Shown here: positions 35,942-43,460 of the stretch, in pieces
Layout: every line of letters begins with the position of its first letter
Numbering within the stretch: the stretch's first letter is position 1
Assembly: GCA_043745805.1 (NCBI GenBank)
Contig: JAYTSD010000033.1
Coordinates: 1 to 43,460 of the forward strand
DNA from: Fibrobacteria bacterium
GTDB taxonomy: Bacteria > Fibrobacterota > Fibrobacteria > UBA11236
Reading direction: 5' to 3'
DNA length: 43,460 bases
Position numbers and translations under genes: made by a program
Notes under the pieces: model-generated
The model's input: only the letters and a program-made list of their open reading frames with translations
The model's database searches: none
Told to the model about the DNA's origin: nothing

Positions 35942-37391
35942 ATTCTTTAAAAAACCTATTTGTTATCGTGTAAAGCAAAACGGAGCGGCCTTAACGGTGG
36001 TTTTGGTGGTGCTCACGGTATTATGTGCAGCAGTAATTTATTTGTTAAGCAATTCTCGTCAGGGCATGACGGAATGGGGCAGAGAACTTAAGCATACACA
36101 AGCGTTTTATATTGCAGAATCGGGTATCGCCTATCAGTTGTATTGGCAAAAATATGCGGATACGAACACCAATGCTTTAAAAAATGATTCCATACACAAA
36201 AAAATACTTTCTAATGTTTTTTCTAAAACCGAAGTTGATAGCTTTGCTTTTTTATTGGATACAAATTTAAAAGAGGCCTCTTCGCATCCGAGAATTAAGG
36301 TTAATGCTGCTCAAAGTTATTTAGAAATAATTTCCACTGGGGTTTACCGAGAAGATACGGTAACTTTAATGGCACGGTTTGGTCGCGCACTTAATGATAG
36401 TCTTTTTGGTGCGGCATTGACTTTGGATGGAACCCTTCCCCTAGAACAATTTCCTCCCGAGAGTATTATTGGAGATATTCATTCGGCGATTGCGGATTCG
36501 TCCCGAAAAATATTTGCTTTACCCATGGGATTTTCACGCGCGGATTTGATCAATGGTTTTTGTGAAAAAAAATATCAGCAACTCGAATTAAAATGGAAAA
36601 AACAAATGCAAAGAGAAAGCGGGCCAAGTGGAAATGGAGTTTTTGATAAAGCGCATCCCTTTGATTTTAATAGTACCACCGAAATATTTTACCCCCTAGG
36701 CGATATCGAAATTAACAATAGTGGAAATGCTACTTGGGATATTTGGGGGCCAGGAACATTGGCAGCGCAAGGGGATATCCGCATTCGAGGCAATATCCGT
36801 TTACATCAAATTGATTTATTAGCTGGACGAAATATCATTTTTGAAGAAAACGTAAAATCTGAAAACCTTTCTGTTTTTGCACAAAAAAAAATAACCGTGA
36901 TGGATCAATGTCGCTTAGATATTCAAGCCGTTGCGGGCGGGACGATATTATTTACTCGGCAAGCGCAAAGCATGCTAACTTCGGTTTTGCTCTCCGTAGG
37001 AAAAACCTTTGATATTGCTTCGACTAAAGGTTCAAAAAATAATGGGAATGATAAAGGCAAAGACTCCACTAACGCGATTCGTGCTCAAGATGAATCAATT
37101 TTACGTGGTTTTGTATTTGTTGCGGGTTCACATGGGCATTTAGTTTTATCCACCGCTCGCAACCGTCTAGAAGGTATTGGCGCGGCTCAGGAATTGTGGA
37201 TTTCGGGTAGCGTGCAAGGGACCCTTTTAGGAAGTCAATTACGTTGCAATGATGTTGCAAATAAAAACTGTTTGGGCGAGGGGAAAATTAATCGCAGCCT
37301 GATGCCCGAAGGATTGATTGAGCCTCTTGATTTGGAGTTTTCTGATAAAGCAAAATTACGCTATCGGTTGATGGACTGGAAAAAGTTGTGA
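35919..37391 (+). CDS. GspK/PilX-like large minor pseudopilin
   Basis: Prepilin site QNG|AALTVVLVVL without E5, QAFYIAESG, and a C-terminal beta-helix-like G.I.I repeat region. Confidence 0.75.
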   Translation: MNCRWKNKFFKKPICYRVKQNGAALTVVLVVLTVLCAAVIYLLSNSRQGMTEWGRELKHTQAFYIAESGIAYQLYWQKYADTNTNALKNDSIHKKILSNVFSKTEVDSFAFLLDTNLKEASSHPRIKVNAAQSYLEIISTGVYREDTVTLMARFGRALNDSLFGAALTLDGTLPLEQFPPESIIGDIHSAIADSSRKIFALPMGFSRADLINGFCEKKYQQLELKWKKQMQRESGPSGNGVFDKAHPFDFNSTTEIFYPLGDIEINNSGNATWDIWGPGTLAAQGDIRIRGNIRLHQIDLLAGRNIIFEENVKSENLSVFAQKKITVMDQCRLDIQAVAGGTILFTRQAQSMLTSVLLSVGKTFDIASTKGSKNNGNDKGKDSTNAIRAQDESILRGFVFVAGSHGHLVLSTARNRLEGIGAAQELWISGSVQGTLLGSQLRCNDVANKNCLGEGKINRSLMPEGLIEPLDLEFSDKAKLRYRLMDWKKL

Positions 37392-37834
37392 AAGGGTTTA
37401 CTTTAATTGAAGTCATGGTGGCACTGGTGGCGCTCAGTATTGGAAGCGGCTCAGTTTGGTATGGCTTGCAAGCCTCAGCTAAACAAGATCGCAATGGCCG
37501 TTTGCATATTATGGCATTGGAAGCCGCGCGATCCCAATTAGAAAGTGTACAAAATCGGCCTAGACAATCCATACATGATACGTCCTTTCAATTATTAATT
37601 GGCGAAACACCTGTGTTACAGGTGAATAGAGTGGTTTTGGATAGTGCACGTTTATTGGAATTGTTGCCGGAAATTGTTTTAGATGAGCAGGGTTCACCCT
37701 TGGCTTTACACAAACCTTTAGAAGTAAAAGTGGAAGTATGGGAATTGCAAAACGATTCCTTAAGTGGCGAAAGCCAAAAAAAACGTAGTTTACTTACTCT
37801 GTCTACTTTAATACCGGATTATGCATGGTATTAA
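37388..37834 (+). CDS. Minor pseudopilin (GspI/PilV-like)
   Basis: KG|FTLIEVMVAL N-methylation motif; GTG start overlaps the upstream TGA. Confidence 0.85.
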   Translation: MKGFTLIEVMVALVALSIGSGSVWYGLQASAKQDRNGRLHIMALEAARSQLESVQNRPRQSIHDTSFQLLIGETPVLQVNRVVLDSARLLELLPEIVLDEQGSPLALHKPLEVKVEVWELQNDSLSGESQKKRSLLTLSTLIPDYAWY

Positions 37835-38445
37835 AAAATCACGGTTGGAGTTTAATCGAATTAATTATCACCCTATTTGTATCCAGCATTGTGGTTGCCT
37901 TGGGATTTTCCCTTTTGCAAAAAGCAGGGAAAGGCGTTTTTTTGGGTTTGGGAAAGCAAAAAGATTTTTTAGTGGAAGAAGTATGGTTGGAGCAAATAAG
38001 TCATAATGTGATGATGGGCCAATTAGTTAAAGTGGGTGAGACAGAATTTACGGTACTTTCATCAAATGGGATACAGCAGTTTTATCATCTGCAAGACAGT
38101 ACCTTATATGTTAATGAAAGTAATACAAAATTATCCATGAAGGAATTTAAAGTTTTGGCCTTTGGCCCCAATCTTAGGGTGGGAGATGAGTTTTCCACCC
38201 GCATTCTATTTGATGCTAAGCTCGATAGTTTGGATAAGAATGATGATGGTATTTTAGAAAATCATGAATTGGATGAAGATAAAGACGGGGTTTTAATGGG
38301 GAAAGAAATTCAAAAAATCGGGTTATTAGAGCTGTCCTTTGAAACCGGACGAGCAGGACATGAACAAAAACATGTTATAAGCTTACACCCTCGCTCAAGA
38401 TGCGATACTTGCGCTTCGAATTCTAAAGAAAATTTGCTATTTTAA
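37825..38445 (+). CDS. Minor pseudopilin (GspJ/PilW-like) with two EF-hand-type loops
   Basis: HG|WSLIELIITL prepilin motif; DKNDDGILENHE-L-DEDKDGVLMGKE. Confidence 0.8.
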   Translation: MVLKNHGWSLIELIITLFVSSIVVALGFSLLQKAGKGVFLGLGKQKDFLVEEVWLEQISHNVMMGQLVKVGETEFTVLSSNGIQQFYHLQDSTLYVNESNTKLSMKEFKVLAFGPNLRVGDEFSTRILFDAKLDSLDKNDDGILENHELDEDKDGVLMGKEIQKIGLLELSFETGRAGHEQKHVISLHPRSRCDTCASNSKENLLF

Positions 38446-38479
38446 GAAAACGTCTAAGGGATTTTAAGGAGATGGCTAT

Positions 38480-39997
38480 TTGCCTACCATGGAAAAAATT
38501 GTGACCGCCGAAACGAATGATTTACGCTTAAATCCTGCCCTGCTTGAGCAGGTCGGTAAAGATATTTGCCTACGCTGCCGTACCTATCCCATTGCCGAAA
38601 AACATTCTGCACTAGTTTTCGCCATACAAAATATTCATGATGAAATATTACGCGAGTATTTACAAATACGTTCCGACAAACAAATAATTTTTTACAAGGC
38701 CGATAGTGAAACGATTGACTATCAATTAAAACGCATTACCAATAAAAACAATGGAATGGAAGATAAAGGTTTACTTAATGATTTAATTAAATCAGAAGTA
38801 GATATACTCGAAACGTCTTCACTAGAAGAAATCAAAAAGAAAAGTCAAAGCGAGCCAGTTATAAAATTGGTGAATCGTTTAATTGATCAAGCCATTGCTG
38901 AAATAGCCACCGATATTCATATTGAGCCAGGCGAAAACTTAGTGAAAATTCGCTATCGCAAAGATGGCATGTTACGCGACAGCTTGGAACTTCCCAAGTG
39001 GGTCCAAAATTCATTAATTTCTCGCATTAAAATTTTAGCCGAATTGGATATTGCGGAAAAGCGATTGCCGCAAGATGGACGTATTAAATGGGCGCGCGAA
39101 GGTGATTTCATTGATATGCGTGTGAGCACCTTGCCGACTCGAGTGGGTGAAAAGGTCGTGATTCGTATTTTAAAACAGGTAGAAAACGTGGCCACCATGG
39201 AATCACTTGGTATGCCACCTGCAATATTGCAACTTGTTAGGCAAATTATTCATCGTCCCCAGGGTATGCTCTTTGTTACTGGCCCTACGGGTTCGGGAAA
39301 ATCTTCGACTTTATACGCGGCTTTACGCGAGATTATTATTAAGGATATTAATATATCTACTATTGAAGATCCTATTGAATATCGCTTAGAAGGCGCAAAT
39401 CAAGTGCAAATTCATGAAAAGGCTGGCTTGACTTTTGCCAGTGCGTTGCGATCCTTATTAAGACAAGATCCCGATGTGATGATGATTGGGGAAATTCGGG
39501 ATGAAGAAACCGCTGCCATTGCGGTTCAGAGTGCGCAAACTGGGCATTTAGTATTCTCTACATTACATACCAATGATGCGCCATCAGCGGTTACACGATT
39601 ATTGGATTTAAAAATCAAACCTTTTTTAATTAGTTCCGCTGTGCTGGGAGTGGTTTCACAGCGTTTAGTACGTAAGCTCTGCCCTTTATGTTTCAAATTA
39701 GAGTCTCCTTCGACTGAAGAAAAGCTTTATCTTCCGCATTTACCCGAAATATGCCCTGTGCCAGTAGGTTGCGATCATTGTAATCATACCGGTTACCGTG
39801 GTCGTACGGGAATTTTTGAATTACTCATGTTTGATAATGCGATTCGTGAAGCGGTGGTTACTAGTAAAAGCGAAGCCTATATAAAACAAATTGCCAATTT
39901 CAAACCTCTGGTGATCGATGGTTTAGAAAAATTAAAAAACAATATGACTAGCGCTGCCGAATTGGTGCGCGTAGCGGTGATGGAAGCTCAAGTATGA
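38480..39997 (+). CDS. GspE/PilB-family assembly ATPase
   Basis: TDIHIEP, DIAEKRLPQDGR, GPTGSGKS, TIEDPIE, LRQDPD...GEIRD, TGHLVFSTLHTN and the CPLC/CDHC Zn site. Start TTG 38480 or ATG 38489. Confidence 0.95.
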   Translation: MPTMEKIVTAETNDLRLNPALLEQVGKDICLRCRTYPIAEKHSALVFAIQNIHDEILREYLQIRSDKQIIFYKADSETIDYQLKRITNKNNGMEDKGLLNDLIKSEVDILETSSLEEIKKKSQSEPVIKLVNRLIDQAIAEIATDIHIEPGENLVKIRYRKDGMLRDSLELPKWVQNSLISRIKILAELDIAEKRLPQDGRIKWAREGDFIDMRVSTLPTRVGEKVVIRILKQVENVATMESLGMPPAILQLVRQIIHRPQGMLFVTGPTGSGKSSTLYAALREIIIKDINISTIEDPIEYRLEGANQVQIHEKAGLTFASALRSLLRQDPDVMMIGEIRDEETAAIAVQSAQTGHLVFSTLHTNDAPSAVTRLLDLKIKPFLISSAVLGVVSQRLVRKLCPLCFKLESPSTEEKLYLPHLPEICPVPVGCDHCNHTGYRGRTGIFELLMFDNAIREAVVTSKSEAYIKQIANFKPLVIDGLEKLKNNMTSAAELVRVAVMEAQV

Positions 39998-42426
39998 TTA
40001 TGTATCCGAAAAAAATTCGAGGCTTATTATTGGTCCTTTTGCTCGCCAGTACCTCGATTCCCACATATGCGCAAGAGGCACCTTCTGCACCGGAAAATCC
40101 TATTCCGATTAATCCACCTTTATATGAAGATCCTCCTCCACAAGTGAATGAAATTCCTGCTCAACAATCGCAGGTCCCACCACCGCCAATGCCCGAAGCA
40201 ATGCCAGAAGTGGCTGCACCCGTTTTAATTAATACACCCAACTCTCCTTTACTAGGACGTCCCGCAGGACAGAGCTTACAAAAAAAAGTAATAGTTAAAT
40301 CTGCTAAAGAAATTCCTGCTCCTAAATCTGGAAAAAAAGGCAAAAACGGAATTGAAAAAAATCCCACAGAAAAGAAAACCGTGGCCGAAGGCGCGACAAT
40401 GGATGTGGATTATGTGGATGAACCCATTCTCGATGTATTGCGTGCCATAGCGACGTCATATCAGCTTAGTATCATTCCTGAAAAAGATATAGGTGACGTT
40501 AAAGTTACTATACACTTAGAACGAATTCCGGTATTGGATGGTTTAAAGCGTTTATGCAATTCGCATGGTTTAGAATTAATCGCTGAAGGTAGCGTGTATC
40601 GCGTTAAAAAAACGACGGAGAGCACTTTAAGTGTAATGGAAATGCAAAGCAAGAAAATGAATATTGATGTGCAGAATAAGCCCATTAAAGATTTTATACG
40701 CGATTTTGTAGAAAAAACCAAAATTAATATTGTGCCTGGATCTGATTTGTCTGGTGCGGTATCGGGCCATTTAAAAGATGTTATTCCCTTAAATGGTTTT
40801 AAAGCTTTGATGGATGCCAATGGTTATGATGTGCGTTTAAAAAATGGGGTATATGTAGTAGAAAAAGAAAACAATACTAGCACAGGACAACCAGGCGGTT
40901 TTGCACGCAATCCACGTCGTGGAGGATTTGGGCAAGGATCGGGAAGTACGGAAATTGATGTGCAGGATGGACGTGTTACCCTCTCTTTGAATAATTCTGC
41001 TTTGGGTGATGCCGTGCGTGAAATTGCAGAGCAAGCAGATATGAATTATGCTTTTATTGGTGAGGTTAACGGCAATGTTACGGCACAACTTAAAAATGTA
41101 TCCGTGGAAGATGCTTTGTCTTTGCTTTTGCAAGGAACACGTTTTTCCTATTTAAAGCGCAATGGTGTTTTTTTAATTGGGGATCGTAATCCTAATACCC
41201 CTTCGGGACAAGCACTATCAGGGGCTGAGCTCTGTTATTTGAAATTCATTAAAGTGGAGAATATTGAAAAGCTTTTCCCCAAAACGGTACCTGCCGAAAA
41301 CATTAAAGTAATCAAAGAACAAAACGCAGTTTTAATATCAGGTACAGGTGAAGATATTAAATTGGTTAAGGATTTTATTAATCAAGTTGATTTGCTTACG
41401 CCGCAAGTATTAATGGAAGTAGTGATTGTGGAATATAATCGTACTAATACATCCGACCTTGGAATTAAAGGTGGAAAACAAGATCCCAAGATTTTTGGCC
41501 CAAGCTTAAATGCTAATGCGCGTTTAAGTGGTTTGAATAGTACGTTTAGCGCAGGAATGTTTAGTGGTGCAATTGGTGTACTTTCCCAGGATTTTAATTT
41601 TTACTTAAATGCTTTGGAGTCCAGAAAGAAAGCTAAAGTTTTAGCAAGACCTAAGATAACAACGCTGAATGGAAATAAAGCAGATATCAAAGTCAACCGT
41701 TCTTCCTATTTTAAAGTGGCATCGGTAAGCAAAGATAATTTTCAAAATGTTGATTTTAGAGCTATTGAAGATGGTATTTCACTTGAGTTAACGCCTTGGG
41801 TAACTAAACATGGGGAAGTAAATGTTACAATAAGCCCAAGCATTAAGACGACTGAAGTATCCACACAAGAAGGCGTTCCTGGAGCGGTGACTAATCGTGC
41901 AATTAATACTCAGGTAAGTTTAATGGATGGACAAACTGTAGCGTTGGGCGGCTTAATTCAATCCAAACAAACGGTTGACCGAGCTTTTTTGCCTATATTA
42001 GGAAGTATTCCATTTATCGGTTATCTTTTTTCTTCTCGCAGTTTAACTTTAGAAACATCAGAATTAGTGATTTATATTACACCTCATATTTTAAATCCTG
42101 AAGAGGCTGGTGTGGATTTAAAATCAGAGTTTAAAAAAATTGATGGTAGAGATGGTAATTTAAAAGACGAAGAGTTTATAAAAAATAAGGAACTTCAAGA
42201 AAAGAAAGTCACAAGTAAAGCAGACACTTTAAGCAGTGTCAAAATCAAAAAAGATTCCGTGGCAATAATCCCAAATTCTACCTCGTCAACTTTAACCACG
42301 ACACCAACTCCTTACACAAACTCCAATATAGAACCCACAAAAAAAGGTATACAACCTTTTATGCCCGACTCAACAGCGTCTATTCGTGCAAATCGAGTCA
42401 GGTCGGGAAATAAAAAACGGCCTTAG
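39994..42426 (+). CDS. Secretin (GspD/PilQ-like)
   Basis: Signal peptide, Pro-rich linker, repeated STN/N0-like units, QVLMEVVIVE, KAKVLARPKITTLNG, GQTVALGGLI, LPILGSIPFIGYLF, ELVIYITP. Confidence 0.93.
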   Translation: MIMYPKKIRGLLLVLLLASTSIPTYAQEAPSAPENPIPINPPLYEDPPPQVNEIPAQQSQVPPPPMPEAMPEVAAPVLINTPNSPLLGRPAGQSLQKKVIVKSAKEIPAPKSGKKGKNGIEKNPTEKKTVAEGATMDVDYVDEPILDVLRAIATSYQLSIIPEKDIGDVKVTIHLERIPVLDGLKRLCNSHGLELIAEGSVYRVKKTTESTLSVMEMQSKKMNIDVQNKPIKDFIRDFVEKTKINIVPGSDLSGAVSGHLKDVIPLNGFKALMDANGYDVRLKNGVYVVEKENNTSTGQPGGFARNPRRGGFGQGSGSTEIDVQDGRVTLSLNNSALGDAVREIAEQADMNYAFIGEVNGNVTAQLKNVSVEDALSLLLQGTRFSYLKRNGVFLIGDRNPNTPSGQALSGAELCYLKFIKVENIEKLFPKTVPAENIKVIKEQNAVLISGTGEDIKLVKDFINQVDLLTPQVLMEVVIVEYNRTNTSDLGIKGGKQDPKIFGPSLNANARLSGLNSTFSAGMFSGAIGVLSQDFNFYLNALESRKKAKVLARPKITTLNGNKADIKVNRSSYFKVASVSKDNFQNVDFRAIEDGISLELTPWVTKHGEVNVTISPSIKTTEVSTQEGVPGAVTNRAINTQVSLMDGQTVALGGLIQSKQTVDRAFLPILGSIPFIGYLFSSRSLTLETSELVIYITPHILNPEEAGVDLKSEFKKIDGRDGNLKDEEFIKNKELQEKKVTSKADTLSSVKIKKDSVAIIPNSTSSTLTTTPTPYTNSNIEPTKKGIQPFMPDSTASIRANRVRSGNKKRP

Positions 42427-42436
42427 AAAGTTGTTC

Positions 42437-43321
42437 ATGAACGAACAACTTTCCTTATTGAGTTTACCACTACCCAATCTACAACCACTTCTCACCTTTG
42501 AAGAGTTGCGTCAAAAGCAATATGCCAACATCATTGTGGAGTGGAAACCTCGTTTACATAAGGGTTGGCGGGTAACTTGGAATAAACAAGGGGAAATCCG
42601 TTTAGTTTTGCCCGAGCTTTTAAAAATGGCTCCTTTGGCTTTACAAGAAAAGGCTTTACAGTGGGCATTGCTTACGACAAAGGGGAAACGTTTACGTTAC
42701 TCTGTTGAAAAAAAAGCATTAGAAAAAGATTTACATGATTTTTTGCATTCAGGTTGGGCTGAAGTATTAGGCGATTCAAAGCAAGGGCATTTAATTCGTA
42801 AAAGGCAATCCAAGAAGCAAACGCGTCGTATTGAAAGATTGCAACCTCAAGGCAGCAAATATAATTTGGAAGATTTATTCGCAAAGTTAAATATCGAATA
42901 TTTTGATAATCAATTAACGGCAAAGCTTACATGGTCGCATAAATTGGGTGGCCTTTCTACGCATAGTGTGCAGAGCGATGGGGAAGGGCAACCCTATGAT
43001 TTAATTAGTATTAGTCGCGGTTATGATTTTCCCGATGTGCCAGCAGAAGTAGTTGCCGGTGTACTGTATCATGAATGCTTACATATTGTTTGTCCCCCGC
43101 GTACTGTGGCTGGGAGGCGTATTGTGCATGGCGCCGATTTCCGAAAATTGGAAAAACAGTATAAGCATTATAAACTGTGGATGGATTGGCATAAGTCTAT
43201 ATTGCCGCGGAAATTATATGAGTTGAAACGGCAACGAAGTCGGAAGCTTTCATCTGTATTCTCTCTTTTAGGAAAAGTTTTTGGTCGCAATATTCGTTTG
43301 CCCTCCTCTTATAACCCTTAA
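42437..43321 (+). CDS. SprT/M48-like zinc metallopeptidase domain protein
   Basis: YNLEDLFAKLN.EYF, VLYHECLH (HExxH) and HGADFR. Likely start ATG 42437, just after the secretin stop. Confidence 0.8.
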   Translation: MNEQLSLLSLPLPNLQPLLTFEELRQKQYANIIVEWKPRLHKGWRVTWNKQGEIRLVLPELLKMAPLALQEKALQWALLTTKGKRLRYSVEKKALEKDLHDFLHSGWAEVLGDSKQGHLIRKRQSKKQTRRIERLQPQGSKYNLEDLFAKLNIEYFDNQLTAKLTWSHKLGGLSTHSVQSDGEGQPYDLISISRGYDFPDVPAEVVAGVLYHECLHIVCPPRTVAGRRIVHGADFRKLEKQYKHYKLWMDWHKSILPRKLYELKRQRSRKLSSVFSLLGKVFGRNIRLPSSYNP

Positions 43322-43460
43322 TTGCCCTTATTTGATAAATGATGCCATTTTTTGACAAGTAAAAAATCGTATTTGTAATCAAAATGTATGAAGACAAATT
43401 CGTAGAAAATATTTCAATTATTTATAACCGGAATAAATTTTGTGCAAGCAAATTTGATTT

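Noticed and set aside
43352-43460. TTGACA at 43352 and an open frame from ATG 43384 to the window end
   Set aside because: No convincing -10 at proper spacing, no SD, and too little sequence to call.

Overview
AT-rich bacterial chromosomal window. The lineage is probably FCB group, possibly Fibrobacterota; this is inferred from protein style only. Left arm (1-7343, minus strand): a tandem array of at least three paralogous secreted di-haem (DHOR-like) oxidoreductase genes, one running off the left edge and missing from the ORF track. Each paralogue has a palindromic site centred about 61 bp upstream of a predicted start site, and the two complete genes end in an identical terminator. Their N-termini carry a T9SS-CTD-like module in an unexpected position. 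The rest is mostly core genome. It includes a tRNA-Ser-rpoZ-coaBC-degenerate UDG-dnaB-mlaE-mlaF run, a lipoprotein alpha/beta-hydrolase with a membrane tail, and a heterodimeric ABC exporter whose first gene appears to start at AUU. It also includes an unannotated 58-aa ORF, tRNA-Gln, TPR, coiled-coil and UbiA genes, and a TolC-MFP-MacAB-type efflux operon with a PHP gene. On the right is a long, apparently leaderless der-plsY-MerR operon continuing into a T2SS/T4P-like cluster and an SprT-like peptidase. No CRISPR array, transposase, integrase or rRNA was seen. All family calls come from motif recognition by eye; no database searches were run.
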